Assembly: GCA_963707955.1 (NCBI GenBank)
Contig: OY970176.1
Span: 2,176,001-2,240,000, forward strand
Source of the DNA: Candidatus Bathyarchaeota archaeon
GTDB taxonomy: Archaea > Thermoproteota > Bathyarchaeia > Bathyarchaeales > Bathycorpusculaceae
Reading direction: 5' to 3'
DNA length: 64,000 nt
Numbering within the stretch: the stretch's first letter is position 1; each line of letters starts with the position of its first letter. Under the pieces are notes generated by a model that was given only the letters and a program-made list of their open reading frames with translations, was not told where the DNA came from and searched no databases. Shown here piece after piece: positions 27,715 to 38,873 of this stretch. The translations under genes and the position numbers were made by a program.

Positions 27715-30147
27715 TTGGCCGAGAAGACCGTAGACTACAGTCAGACGACGACAGAGAATACAATCAAATCTCTGCAGTCGAATCCAAGCCTTGGACTTGC
27801 ATCGGGCGAGGTTGCGACCCGACTAAGGCAATATGGACACAATGAAATCCCAGAGAAAAAACCTAACCCACTGAGGATGTTTGCAAGCAAGTTCTGGGGT
27901 CTCACCGCATGGATGCTTGAGATCATAATAGTTCTTTCATGGTTCCTCCACAGATACTCAGACCTGTATATCGTAACAGGGCTTCTTGTCTTCAATTCGA
28001 TACTGGGTTTTGAGGAAGAACAGAGAGCATCAGGCGCAGTGGAATCACTAAAACTGAAGCTGCAAGTTAACGCGAGAGTCCTCAGAGACGGTTCTTGGAC
28101 AAACGTGACCGCGAGAGAATTGGTTCCTGGCGACATAATCAGAACGCGGTCCGGAGACTTCGTGCCAGCCGACGTGAAGATAATAGATGGCGAGCTAGGC
28201 GTCGACCAATCAGCCTTGACAGGTGAGTCAATGACAATAGACAAGAAGCCAAGTGACGTTCTGTATTCTGGCTCCGTTGTCAAGAGAGGCGAATCGGACG
28301 GCATCGTCGTATCAACAGGGTTGAAAACGTATTTTGGAAGAACTGCCCAGTTGGTGCAGCTTGCAAGGCCAAAACTTCACATGGAAGAAGTCGTTTCGAA
28401 CGTCGTTAAGTGGCTTTTGATCATAGTTGCTTCGTTGATCATCGTGGCTGTCGCCGTTTCAGCGTTTGACGGAATCAGTCTTTTGGATGTGCTGCCAATA
28501 GTCCTAGTCTTGTTATTGTCTGCGATACCTGTTGCCTTGCCGGCGATGTTCACTGTCAGCATGGCGTTGGGCTCTATGGAGTTGGCCAAAAAAGGCGTAC
28601 TTGTGACTAGACTGAGCGCTTCTGAAGATGCGGCAACGATGAGTGTGCTCTGCGCCGACAAGACTGGCACGATAACAGTGAACAAGCTTTCAGTGGCAAA
28701 CGTAATCCCTCTGAATGGGTTTACTGAGAAAGATGTAATACTGTACGGTGCCTTGGCTTCTCAAGAGGCTAACCAAGATCCTATAGACAGTGCCTTCATT
28801 GCCAAGGCCAAACTGGAGAATTTGCCAGTTTCTTCGTTTGTACAAAGAGATTTTGTTCCTTTTGACGCGAAAACACGGAGAACTGAAGCCTTGGTGCAAG
28901 GAGATAATAGTGAATTCAAGGTTATGAAGGGAGCTGTTAGCGTCATAGCCAAAACATGTGGGCTTCAAGAGGACTCTGTAAGAGACTTAGAATCGCGGAT
29001 GAGCATGTTTGCCGAAAAAGGGTACAGAACTCTGGCAGTCGCGAGAGCACACGATCACAAGTCTCAGGATATCGTCGGTCTAGTGGCTCTTTACGACATG
29101 CCTAGGGCTGATTCAAAACAGCTGATACAAGAGCTCAAGCACCTAGGGATATCAGTGAAAATGTTGACAGGAGACGCTCTTGCAATAGCGAAAGAAGTTG
29201 CAGCTGAAGTGGGACTCGGCGAACGGGTGATTAGAACTGCGGACCTGAAAGAATTCGTAAAAGAAAACGCGATAGAGGCGGCACAGGCGGCCGAAAAAAG
29301 CGATGGGTTCGCGGAGATATATCCCGAGGACAAATACGCGATTGTCAAAAGCCTTCAGGCCATGGGGCAGGTTGTGGGCATGACAGGTGACGGAGTGAAT
29401 GATGCACCAGCGCTGAGACAGGCGGAAGTGGGTATAGCCGTGAACACTGCAACAGACGTGGCCAAGGGCGCAGCCAGCGTCGTGCTGACGAGTGAAGGTC
29501 TGACCAGCATTGTCGATTTGGTCCGAAATGGAAGAGTAATCTATGAAAGGATATCTGCATGGGTACTGAGCAAGATAGTGAGAACTCTGCAGACTGCCAT
29601 TTTCGTAGTCTTGTCCTTTATCTTAACAGGTAGTTATGTCGTGTCGGCGTTCGCCATAGTGCTCCTCTTCTTCATGACTGACTTCGTCAAAATAGCATTG
29701 TCCACAGACGATCTGAAATGGTCACAGAAACCTAACACGTGGAACATAGCTGGCATAGTAAAAACATCGCTGGTGCTTAGCACGCTGATCGTTATCGAAT
29801 CATTCGGGCTGCTTTACGCTGGACTCAACGTGTTCCATCTGACTGCAGCCAACGAAACCCTATACACGTTCAGCTTTGAAATATTGTTCTATTTCGCCAT
29901 GTTCTTGATATTCAACGTAAGAGAAAGAGGGCATTTTTGGGAGTCGAGACCAAGCAAGACCCTGCTAATAGCAACAATACTGAGCATGATTGCTGCAACA
30001 ATAGTGACGACAACGGGAATCCCAGGCCTCAAGCCTCTACCATTGACTGAGACTCTGTTTGTGGCGTTCTGTGCTGCTGCGTTCTCGTTTACAATCAATG
30101 ATCTAGCAAAGTTTCTCTTTGTAAGGAGGACAGAAACGGGATGGTAA
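27715..30147 (+). CDS. Plasma-membrane proton-efflux P3A-type ATPase
   Basis: DQSALTGES, AIPVALP, CADKTGT, DPID, MKGA, MTGDGVNDAPAL. Confidence 0.92.
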   Translation: MAEKTVDYSQTTTENTIKSLQSNPSLGLASGEVATRLRQYGHNEIPEKKPNPLRMFASKFWGLTAWMLEIIIVLSWFLHRYSDLYIVTGLLVFNSILGFEEEQRASGAVESLKLKLQVNARVLRDGSWTNVTARELVPGDIIRTRSGDFVPADVKIIDGELGVDQSALTGESMTIDKKPSDVLYSGSVVKRGESDGIVVSTGLKTYFGRTAQLVQLARPKLHMEEVVSNVVKWLLIIVASLIIVAVAVSAFDGISLLDVLPIVLVLLLSAIPVALPAMFTVSMALGSMELAKKGVLVTRLSASEDAATMSVLCADKTGTITVNKLSVANVIPLNGFTEKDVILYGALASQEANQDPIDSAFIAKAKLENLPVSSFVQRDFVPFDAKTRRTEALVQGDNSEFKVMKGAVSVIAKTCGLQEDSVRDLESRMSMFAEKGYRTLAVARAHDHKSQDIVGLVALYDMPRADSKQLIQELKHLGISVKMLTGDALAIAKEVAAEVGLGERVIRTADLKEFVKENAIEAAQAAEKSDGFAEIYPEDKYAIVKSLQAMGQVVGMTGDGVNDAPALRQAEVGIAVNTATDVAKGAASVVLTSEGLTSIVDLVRNGRVIYERISAWVLSKIVRTLQTAIFVVLSFILTGSYVVSAFAIVLLFFMTDFVKIALSTDDLKWSQKPNTWNIAGIVKTSLVLSTLIVIESFGLLYAGLNVFHLTAANETLYTFSFEILFYFAMFLIFNVRERGHFWESRPSKTLLIATILSMIAATIVTTTGIPGLKPLPLTETLFVAFCAAAFSFTINDLAKFLFVRRTETGW

Positions 30148-30174
30148 CAACTCATTGTGCGTTAAACTTGAAAA

Positions 30175-30393
30175 ATGACAGCGCCGATTGAGAAAAATGA
30201 AAACGGTGAGTGGAGCGCCCTCCGATCGATTAGCGAAAAGCTAGGCATAACAGCAATTATTGATCTTTTGCGCAAGTCCAGTTGGGCGTTGGATCATCCT
30301 TTCAAGACTATCGAAATAGGCGACAAACAGGCTGTTCTAAGCATTGATAGATGTAGAACTCCGCGCGCGGAGAATGCTTGCTCAGCACCATAA
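30175..30393 (+). pseudogene. Fragment resembling DUF6125/V4R-like protein
   Basis: LRKSSWALDHPFK..AVLSIDRCRT, with no plausible N- or C-terminal remainder. Confidence 0.35.
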
Positions 30394-30459
30394 GCGTTAT
30401 GAACGCGCGTATTTGCTTAATAAGAGTGTTATTTCGAGCACGCCATAGGAGCGGCAATC

Positions 30460-32532
30460 TTGGCTCGTGATCCCGTTTGTGGAATGTATGTTGATGAGGA
30501 CACTGCGGCCTTCAAGACTGTGGTTGATGGAAAAACCTATTATTTCTGCAGTGAACAATGTTTGCGCACATTCACCCAACCTGAGGTTGAGAGACGCAAC
30601 CTAAGGCGTTTAATCATTCTGAGTTTCACTTTGGGCTTGTTGACTTTCCTGTTTGGCTTCTTCGTCGTTCCATTACCATTCTTGTCCCTGAACGTTTGGC
30701 TTTTTCTGCTTGCGACACCCGTCCAGTTCATTGCGGGCTACAGGTACTATCGAGGTGCTTATGGTGCGGCCCGAGCCAAAACGGTAAATATGGACACGCT
30801 GATCGTGGTTGGAACAACCACTGCTTGGGGCTATAGCACGCTGGTGACTTTCTTGCCCAAGCTGATGCCGAGCCAAGATGTTTACTTTGACACTGCAGCG
30901 TTGATCATAGCGCTAATTCTAATTGGAAAATACTTGGAGGAGGCCGCCAAAGGCCGGGCTTCTGAGGCAGTTCGTAAACTAGTTGACCTTCAGCCCGTGC
31001 TTGCGAATTTACTAAAAGAAGACGGAACAGAGGAGAAGGTGCCGGTCGAGAAGGTAATGCCTGGGGAAGTACTTCTGATTAGGCCAGGAGAAAAGATACC
31101 ATTAGATGGTGTGGTGATAGATGGTTTATCTTCTGTAGATGAAAGCATGATCACTGGTGAAAGTATGCCTGTGACAAAGGAAAAAGGAGCACAGGTCATC
31201 GGCGGGACCGTGAACAAGGAAGGTGCCCTGAAAATTGAAGTCACCCGCATAGGCATGAACACGACCCTGAACCAGATCGTGCAAATGGTAAATGATGCTC
31301 AATTGAGCAGGGCTCCTATTCAGAGGCTGGCCGACACAATATCCGCATATTTCGTGCCTGCCATACTCTCCATCGGAGTCATCACCTTCTTGCTGTGGAG
31401 GTTTGTGGTTGGTGCGAGCTTCGGCTTTGGCTTAACGGCTTTCATAGCTGTGGTCATAGTTGCCTGTCCCTGCGCTATGGGTATTGCTACCCCTACTGCG
31501 ATACTGGTCGGGGCGGCAAAGGGTGCCCAGAACGGGATTCTAATAAAAGGCGGCGACTACCTCGAAAAAACCAGAGAACTAGAAGCAATAGTCTTCGACA
31601 AAACTGGCACATTAACCAAGGGCAAACTCGCTGTTACCGACATCATCGGAGACAATCAAGAATCACTACTGGCTTCGGCGGCTTCGCTTGAAAACCTGTC
31701 AGAGCATTCAGTGGGTCAAGCAATCGTTAGTGAAGCAAAAAGCCGAAACGTCGCCTTGGAACAACCGGAAGATTTTGAAGTTCTTCCAGGAAAAGGATTG
31801 AAGGGCAAGGTCAAAGGCAAAAAGGTAGTCATAGGCACCCAAAGACTAATCGAAGAATCAAACATAACGATAAGCAAAACAAACCAAACAAACGCTGAAA
31901 ACCTGTTCAGCGAAGGAAAAAGCGTCATCTACGTAGCGGTAGACACTAAAGTCACCGGTTTAATCGCCGTTGCGGATGAACTCAAAGACAACGCCGCAGA
32001 AGTCGTTAAGAAACTCCAAACGATGAAACTACAAGTCATAATGATCACCGGAGACAACAAAAGGACAGCCGAAGCCATCGCCAAGAAAGCAGGCATCAAC
32101 CGGTACCTAGCCGAGATTTTACCCGACAAGAAAGCTGAAGAAGTCAAGAAACTCCAGAACGAAGGTTTAGTTGTGGCCATGGTTGGTGATGGCATAAATG
32201 ATGCGCCGGCCTTAGCACAGGCCGATGTGGGAATTGCCTTGGGAAGCGGAACGGACATTGCAGTGGAAACTGGAGGCATAGTCCTGATCAGAAACAATCT
32301 CATGGATGTGGTAACTGCAATCCAACTCAGCAAGAAAACGTACTCAAAAATCAAACAGAATTTCACCTGGGCATTCTGTTACAATGCAGCTCTCATTCCA
32401 GTGGCGGCGGGAGTGCTTCAGCCATTCGGCATAGTTATGAATCCCGTTTTTGCAGCGGGAGCCATGGCCTTTAGCTCCATATCCGTAGTCTCAAACTCCC
32501 TGCTTCTGAGACGATTCAAGCCGGAGAAATGA
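30460..32532 (+). CDS. copA: Copper-translocating P1B-1 ATPase with N-terminal YHS domain
   Basis: [15 protein letters not shown]; CPC; DKTGT; YN and MAFSS Cu(I) signature. Confidence 0.95.
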   Translation: MARDPVCGMYVDEDTAAFKTVVDGKTYYFCSEQCLRTFTQPEVERRNLRRLIILSFTLGLLTFLFGFFVVPLPFLSLNVWLFLLATPVQFIAGYRYYRGAYGAARAKTVNMDTLIVVGTTTAWGYSTLVTFLPKLMPSQDVYFDTAALIIALILIGKYLEEAAKGRASEAVRKLVDLQPVLANLLKEDGTEEKVPVEKVMPGEVLLIRPGEKIPLDGVVIDGLSSVDESMITGESMPVTKEKGAQVIGGTVNKEGALKIEVTRIGMNTTLNQIVQMVNDAQLSRAPIQRLADTISAYFVPAILSIGVITFLLWRFVVGASFGFGLTAFIAVVIVACPCAMGIATPTAILVGAAKGAQNGILIKGGDYLEKTRELEAIVFDKTGTLTKGKLAVTDIIGDNQESLLASAASLENLSEHSVGQAIVSEAKSRNVALEQPEDFEVLPGKGLKGKVKGKKVVIGTQRLIEESNITISKTNQTNAENLFSEGKSVIYVAVDTKVTGLIAVADELKDNAAEVVKKLQTMKLQVIMITGDNKRTAEAIAKKAGINRYLAEILPDKKAEEVKKLQNEGLVVAMVGDGINDAPALAQADVGIALGSGTDIAVETGGIVLIRNNLMDVVTAIQLSKKTYSKIKQNFTWAFCYNAALIPVAAGVLQPFGIVMNPVFAAGAMAFSSISVVSNSLLLRRFKPEK

Positions 32533-32535
32533 ACA

Positions 32536-33135
32536 GTGAGCACTAGCAACGAAAAATCGCTTACAACGAAGCTTATTCCCATCGCTCAAATGGATTGCTC
32601 AACATGCGTTCCAATTTTGGAGAGAGAAATCCTGAAGCTTAAAGGAGTGAGAGAAGCTCGAGCAAATTACCTGACTAAAATGGTAAAGATTGTGTATGAT
32701 TCGGATTTGGTCAGGTTGTCCGAGATAGAGTCGGCTGTTGAAAGAGTTGGTTATCAGATTGCTTACAAGAAGTATCCCAGTGTTGCTTCAAAATTGAAGG
32801 GGCTCTTTCAAAAAGAAAAACCAAGCTACGTGAAAGTTATTTCTGACGCTGATTTTGCCTCAAAGGTACTACATGCATCCAAACCAGTTGCCGTTCTTTT
32901 CTCATCGCCAAGTTGCCCCGCATGTCAAGCAGCGAAGTCAGTGTATGTTGAAACTGCTGAGGACTTAGCTGGGCGCGCTGAGCTTTACGAGATGGATATT
33001 TCTACGTCAGAGATTTGGCACAACTATGACATTCCTAGTATTCCCACTATTCTAATCTTTAGAGATGGTCAATTGAAAGGAAAGTTAATGCCCCTACTAC
33101 AGAAAACCGAGATAATCGAGGCTTTGACTAAATAA
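32536..33135 (+). CDS. HMA domain-thioredoxin fusion
   Basis: MDCSTC HMA domain followed by SCPAC..SIPTILIFRDG thioredoxin fold. Confidence 0.85.
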   Translation: MSTSNEKSLTTKLIPIAQMDCSTCVPILEREILKLKGVREARANYLTKMVKIVYDSDLVRLSEIESAVERVGYQIAYKKYPSVASKLKGLFQKEKPSYVKVISDADFASKVLHASKPVAVLFSSPSCPACQAAKSVYVETAEDLAGRAELYEMDISTSEIWHNYDIPSIPTILIFRDGQLKGKLMPLLQKTEIIEALTK

Positions 33136-33418
33136 AAGCAAAAGAGCGCATGGATTATGAGTTGATGCGGAGTGGTAAATTGATCAGCTCAAAGAAGATA
33201 AGAGGACGTATTCCCAATCGAGGATGAATGATTGTGATTTTTCAATTTTAGAATTGCACTTTTTGCTTTCTAGCGCGCGCTGTTTGGCTCAAGCTGTGCG
33301 ACGATTTACTTTCCAGCTATTGTTAGTTCGGCGAGTTTGATCGTTGGTGATGCTGTAGCATGAAAGTCGGAAGTGTTTTAATATCGCAAAACGTCAAATC
33401 ACAAGTGGAGAGACGTGG

Positions 33419-34234
33419 ATGAACGTTATGGCTGCGCCTCCTGAAGTGCCTCCAGAACTGCCTCCAGAAAAGCTTCCTACGGAGAGGGGAAGGACCGCTT
33501 ACCGAGTTCTGCTGTTTGTCTTGCTGGCTTCTTTGCTGCTCCTTACTCTGGTCTTTGTCTTTCCGCTTCTTATAAATTTGCGAAATCAGCACTTAATCAG
33601 CTCCTTCTGGTCAGGCTATACTGTCGCCTCAGACTTGAATTACCCGCAACCGAGCGTCACGAGCGTCAATGGGTCTTGGACGGTTCCCACAGTCAACGTT
33701 TCAGTAGGAAACTCTTTCTCAGTGGCGTGGATTGGTATTGGTGGACAATTTGACAGTACGTTGATCCAAGCAGGAACTGAACAAGACTCAACAAGAGGAC
33801 AAGGGACATACTCGGCCTGGTATGAGCTGTTGAATGAATCGGTCGTGACTATCGATTCATTGAACATAATGCCAGGGGACAGAATCACGGCTTCAATATC
33901 GCTTTTGGTTCCAACCAATAGCATCTGGTCGATAGAAATTCATGATGTCACAAATGAACAATCGTTCCAGAAAAATGTGTTTTATGATTCCTCAATGCTC
34001 TCTGCAGAATGGATTGTGGAGCGACCAACAATAAACAACCGTCTTGCGACTCTAGCTGACTTTGGTCAAGTGACATTCACAGGTTGCACAGCGACCATAA
34101 GCGGCACAATTGGAACGGTAAGCAGTTTTCCTCACATCCAAGTAATAATGTACAATCTTCAAAACACGCAACTGGTGAGTGTTTCAACCTTAACTTCCAA
34201 CGGCTCCTCCTTCACACTCAACTACGTAGACTAG
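33419..34234 (+). CDS. Membrane-anchored glutamic peptidase family G1
   Basis: WSGY, AWIGIGG, LIQAGTEQ, AWYE, SAEWIVERP; N-terminal TM helix. Confidence 0.88.
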   Translation: MNVMAAPPEVPPELPPEKLPTERGRTAYRVLLFVLLASLLLLTLVFVFPLLINLRNQHLISSFWSGYTVASDLNYPQPSVTSVNGSWTVPTVNVSVGNSFSVAWIGIGGQFDSTLIQAGTEQDSTRGQGTYSAWYELLNESVVTIDSLNIMPGDRITASISLLVPTNSIWSIEIHDVTNEQSFQKNVFYDSSMLSAEWIVERPTINNRLATLADFGQVTFTGCTATISGTIGTVSSFPHIQVIMYNLQNTQLVSVSTLTSNGSSFTLNYVD

Positions 34235-34381
34235 CAGGTCATTCCTACTGAGCGTGAACCAATATCTCCTTCATACTTTCATGTTCAAGCATTTTCACTT
34301 CGCGTAGGATTCCTTTGTTTTTTCATGCTACCGAAGGAAGTCGTCCAATGTCACGATTTATTCCCCAAGATAGGCTTATGG

Positions 34382-34798
34382 TTACAGCACTTTCTTAGAA
34401 AGGGCTCTGATCGTTTCGTAGATTGATGCTGCCGTTGCAAAGCTGATAACTCCTAGAGCGAATACGTATTCTCTTGTTAGGATGGGCGGTCTAAGAAAAA
34501 CTACCATAAATATCAATGAAGTTACTAAGAATATTGTATAGAAGAAATTTCGCGGGACTAAAAACCTTCTAAAACGAACGAGGTTTTCAAGGATTATTCG
34601 ATCTGCAACATAACCGTTTAGTTCCTTTTTGATTAACCCTGCCTCTTCCAGTTTGTTTATGTGATAAAGCGCTAGGGTCGGGCTGCTCAGATTCAGCGCC
34701 CGCTGAACTTCGCGGATTCCGGTCGGCCTATCGCTTTTCAATATGAACTTGTAAACCTTTAGCGTGAGCCCTCTCAGAACGTCCTTCGATTCGCTCAC
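34382..34798 (-). CDS. Winged-helix regulator with two C-terminal TM helices
   Basis: LRGLTLKVY..GIREVQRALNLSSPTLALYHINKL; hydrophobic C-terminus. Confidence 0.8.
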   Translation of the reverse strand: MSESKDVLRGLTLKVYKFILKSDRPTGIREVQRALNLSSPTLALYHINKLEEAGLIKKELNGYVADRIILENLVRFRRFLVPRNFFYTIFLVTSLIFMVVFLRPPILTREYVFALGVISFATAASIYETIRALSKKVL

Positions 34799-34929
34799 AG
34801 CTTTCCCGTCTCCATATGAGAAACCAACCGTATCACACTATTTGAACCGTTGCTGTTCAAACTATTTGTACACATGTACAAAAACGTAGAATTAAATTTT
34901 TCACTGACTATTCATTCTCTTGATGCCTC

Positions 34930-36045
34930 ATGAACTCCAAGATACAAATGATCGCAGCGTCGATCCTAGCAATCGGGCTTGCAATCGGGCTTGGGACAGT
35001 GAGCTTTGGGTTGTTCTCTGAAACTCCAACTCCAACGAAGCTTGAGACAGTCCTGGATGTTTACACGCAGAAAGGCGGCATAGGAATCAACGTTTCCGGT
35101 GGAAACTTTGAGCCTTTCGATAATGTTTCCATCCTTGCTTATCTCACTCAGGGAGGCATCAAAGTAGAAAACCGTCCAGTGACATTTTCGATACAGAAGC
35201 CAGATGGCACGTATATAGTCTCGATAGCCTCAACAAACGACTCAGGTCTTGCTGAAACAGATGTATCCCTTCTTCCTTCTGAGGGCCACGTGATAGGAAC
35301 ATGGCAAGTCCTTGCAAACGCGACGGTAGACAATGAAGCCGTGAATGATACGCTTGACTTCACATGCGAATCGCAAAGCGCTAGAATTGACCTCTTTTCT
35401 GAAAGCAACGGGGTTCCCAGCATCTCCTTTCTCCCAAACGAAACAGTTCTCCTTGAGGCTCAATTGTCCTACAAAAATGCCTCAATAGCTGGAACCCCGG
35501 TTACTTTTGATGCAACAACTGCAAATGACACTGATTTCCCTATATCACCGCCAACAGTGACCACAAACAGCCTTGGAACAGCAAACGTTACCTTTCGCAT
35601 TCCGTGGCCCTCAGACGTCTCCCTTGGAATTTGGCGAGTATCGGCCGCGAGCGAAGTGTACGGACAGGCCTTGAACGCCACGATAAGCTTTGAATGTTCT
35701 TTGCTGCCACCGGTAATAGACGTTTTCACCCAAAAGGGCGGCGTTGGACCGAACACATCAGGGGGAAATTTCACACTTAATGAAACTGTAATTCTCTACG
35801 CCGAAGTTCGAGATGAGCTCAACCAGACAGTGCCCAATCAAGCGGTAGGGTTTGAAATAAAAGAATCCAACGGAACAGACTTTGTCATTCTAGCGCGCAC
35901 GACAAACTCTTCAGGAATAGCAACCGTGACAATTCGAGTACCACCAGATCCTTCGTACCTTGGGACCTTTCAAGTCTACGTAAGCACACAATACTACGGC
36001 GTTCTGCTTCTCGACACCCTCACCTTCATAGCCACACAAGACTAG
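34930..36045 (+). CDS. Secreted/surface protein with three Ig-like repeats
   Basis: N-terminal signal; repeated DV(Y/F)TQKGG..N.SGGNF, TN..G.A, G.W.V; many N-x-S/T sequons. Confidence 0.8.
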   Translation: MNSKIQMIAASILAIGLAIGLGTVSFGLFSETPTPTKLETVLDVYTQKGGIGINVSGGNFEPFDNVSILAYLTQGGIKVENRPVTFSIQKPDGTYIVSIASTNDSGLAETDVSLLPSEGHVIGTWQVLANATVDNEAVNDTLDFTCESQSARIDLFSESNGVPSISFLPNETVLLEAQLSYKNASIAGTPVTFDATTANDTDFPISPPTVTTNSLGTANVTFRIPWPSDVSLGIWRVSAASEVYGQALNATISFECSLLPPVIDVFTQKGGVGPNTSGGNFTLNETVILYAEVRDELNQTVPNQAVGFEIKESNGTDFVILARTTNSSGIATVTIRVPPDPSYLGTFQVYVSTQYYGVLLLDTLTFIATQD

Positions 36046-36155
36046 TCTAACCAAAACCTGGGAAGCGTACGCTGACGTGCCCAACATTTTTACTCCCATT
36101 TCTCCCTGTTCAAAGATTGCTCAAACAAGGCTTCAGCTAATCGTTAATGTCCATT

Positions 36156-36452
36156 TTAAACGATAAACAGTAGGAACACTGATGCAATTAAACAGAACAA
36201 TCCAACGAGGAACATCACAGCAGCGCTTGTCCAAAGTTTCTTCCGAGTCGGATAGATGCTGTAAAAGAATATGGAAAACGCTGACAGGAGAAATGTCACT
36301 GCGCCCAGCAGTAGCGTAAACTTTAGCGGAAAGGGAGTTTGCGCGCCGTGGAGACCTGTGACCTGCAGAACCGCCAAACTCAGTGCGGCCAACGTTCCAG
36401 GATAGGAAGCATTAACGATCGGTTTTATGAATTTCTCCTCAAATTCTTCCAT
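36156..36452 (-). CDS. Small membrane protein (3 TM)
   Basis: Clean ORF with three hydrophobic segments. Confidence 0.7.
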   Translation of the reverse strand: MEEFEEKFIKPIVNASYPGTLAALSLAVLQVTGLHGAQTPFPLKFTLLLGAVTFLLSAFSIFFYSIYPTRKKLWTSAAVMFLVGLFCLIASVFLLFIV

Positions 36453-36780
36453 TATCTAGCCTTCTCGTCTCTTGCCGACTCAGTTTAAGCTCGTTAGCCC
36501 TTAAACTTTTTGCGAAAGCCCACTGAAAGGATCAATGGTGCGCATGAGTGTTACCTAAATTCGGTTTCTCGCACGCACCACGTTAAATGTGTATGCGAAA
36601 AGCAAATTGATAAGAACGTTGAATGGGCCACCAGCACGCGCGTGTACGCTGTAGTTTGATCTCTGAAGCGCTGAAAGCCAGATAGAACATAATCCCATAA
36701 TAGTTAAATAAGTGGCGTCGAGAAATTATAATGTGATAGGAAAGAGAAAGGATAACAACATAGATTGAAGGGAGAGGGAT

Positions 36781-38409
36781 ATGTTGAAATATGGGAAAGC
36801 AGCGCTCGCTACTTTGATTTTGTTTGCGCTCTTGGTTCAGGGAGCTTCGTTCATGCTTGTCGCCAAGGCTCAGCCGACGGCGGAGCAGTTTTCCATCATA
36901 AACCCTGGGCCCAGCAGCTACCCGTCAAGATGGAACGCATCCTCAACGGTGCGCGACTATAACACCTCAAACTTCATCTTCTACAGCAATGAAACAAGCT
37001 TCGACTCAACGTTCTTCATGAACGTCACAGTAACGAACGTGACAAACCTGTTCGGATGGGGCATAGGCATAGTCTACGACAACACGACCCTGCAGTTTGT
37101 CAGAGCTTGGCTTCCAACCGACCACGTATTTACGGGTGCTGTGGACGCGGGTGCAAGCGTCGTAGCGCCTTCGCCAGTAGTTGCTCCTGTCGATGCTACT
37201 CACCAAGAAATAGAGTATGGCGCCTCATATACTCCGCCTACGCCTCCTTGGAGCTTCAACGGCACAGGCACACTTGCTCAAGTAGAGTTTCAAATAATAG
37301 CAGAAGTGAACAGCACAAACACACAAGTAAGTTCATCGTTCACATTTGATCCAGTTTGGACGGCTGTTTACTTCTGGCCAAGCGGGACGGAAGTTCCCAC
37401 GTCAAACACCGGGAACTTTGTTTACGCGTTTCCAGTGACTGCTCCTACTCCGACCATAGCCGCCTTGGCGATTAGCCCATCTAGCATAATCGATTCGTCA
37501 CTGGTTCCTACAAGCACCTTCAGCGTTAACGTTACCATAAGTAACGCAACCGATTTGAACAGGTGGAGCATGAGCATCTACTACAACAACACGATGTTGG
37601 GTGTTGCAAATTCGGTGGAAGGAAGTTTTATGAATAGCGTTGGAACAACGACGTTCGCGTCAAACACCACTCAAGACTTCAATGCCACAAATGGAAAGCT
37701 GATGTTATCATGCAATTTTACGAGTGGAAGCGTAGGTGCTTCTGGAAAGGGAACCATTGCCACGATAACTTTTCAAGTTTTGGCTAATGGTAGCACGCCA
37801 ATCGTGATGGCAGATATACAAATGACTGACTCCTTCGGCAGATCCATAAGCTACACTCAGGCCAATGGCTTCTTCAGTAACATCCCAACAACCACTATCC
37901 ACGAGGTTGTGGTGACAGACATTACGGTTAGTAGCTATTTTAGTAGCACGTGGGTTTACCAAGGACGAGATGTCAACATCAACGTGACAGTCTCGGATAG
38001 CGGAGGTTTCCCCGAAAACGCGACAGTTACCTTGTACTACAACATAACGGCTGGCGAGATAGCAGGCGTACAGAGCGTGACGCTCATCAGCGGAGAAAAC
38101 GAGACACTCCTGTTCGTGTGGAACACCACAGGCGTACCAATCAGCTACGATAACTACACGCTAACGGCAGTTGCAAGAATACCCACTGGCTCAAACACAT
38201 TGTCCGATGGAACCATGCAGGTTAGAATTTTGGGCGACTTGGACGGGAATGGCAAAGTCGACATGGCCGATGTTATCGTCTTTGAAGACGCGTTCGGTTC
38301 GTACCCGACTCATCCGAGATGGAACCCTGCGGCGGACGTCAACGAAAACGGGATAGTTTATCTCAACGACCTGGCCACCCTGTTGATGCACTGGGGCCAA
38401 ACCAGCTAG
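36781..38409 (+). CDS. Secreted protein: two cohesin-like domains, CARDB-like domain, C-terminal dockerin
   Basis: NVTVTNVTNL..YDNTTL..G.GTLA.VEF (twice); GDLDGNGKVDMAD..ADVNENGIV..D. Confidence 0.85.
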   Translation: MLKYGKAALATLILFALLVQGASFMLVAKAQPTAEQFSIINPGPSSYPSRWNASSTVRDYNTSNFIFYSNETSFDSTFFMNVTVTNVTNLFGWGIGIVYDNTTLQFVRAWLPTDHVFTGAVDAGASVVAPSPVVAPVDATHQEIEYGASYTPPTPPWSFNGTGTLAQVEFQIIAEVNSTNTQVSSSFTFDPVWTAVYFWPSGTEVPTSNTGNFVYAFPVTAPTPTIAALAISPSSIIDSSLVPTSTFSVNVTISNATDLNRWSMSIYYNNTMLGVANSVEGSFMNSVGTTTFASNTTQDFNATNGKLMLSCNFTSGSVGASGKGTIATITFQVLANGSTPIVMADIQMTDSFGRSISYTQANGFFSNIPTTTIHEVVVTDITVSSYFSSTWVYQGRDVNINVTVSDSGGFPENATVTLYYNITAGEIAGVQSVTLISGENETLLFVWNTTGVPISYDNYTLTAVARIPTGSNTLSDGTMQVRILGDLDGNGKVDMADVIVFEDAFGSYPTHPRWNPAADVNENGIVYLNDLATLLMHWGQTS

Positions 38410-38873
38410 ATCTTTTTCCATTTAACTCCTTTTTCTTGCTTTCTGCAGCAAGCATTTCTAATTCTCGCAAAAATATGCGAGTTACGCAGCAGCAAATGTT
38501 AAGGCGCCGCCAAGGTTGCTTACTGCTCAAATGGGCTTTTTCGTCTTTAAGTTGTTCATGTAACCATTTCAGTATACCGTGTGCGCCCTTTTCTGACAAA
38601 GGCTATTATTGTTTATAAAAGCATCATAGCTGCCCGCTTCCCAGCTTTTTCACAGCGTCTTTCGGAAAAACTCGACTAGGCCCGGTTCCGTCGTAATAAG
38701 CGCTAATTCACGGATTGAATATTCAAACAGAAGGACTCGAAATTCAAGCGCGCGCTAGGTCCAAGCTTCTCACTGTTTCAGTTATTTCAGTTCTTGACCT
38801 TCGTTTGAGCAATTCGGGAAATGAGAGAATTCGTATAAGTGTTGTAGTCCAGTATGTAGCGAGGTGTGAGTGA

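Noticed and set aside
24169-33300. Integrated element at tRNA-Cys with attL/attR
   Set aside because: No integrase and no duplicate of the tRNA 3' end found by eye
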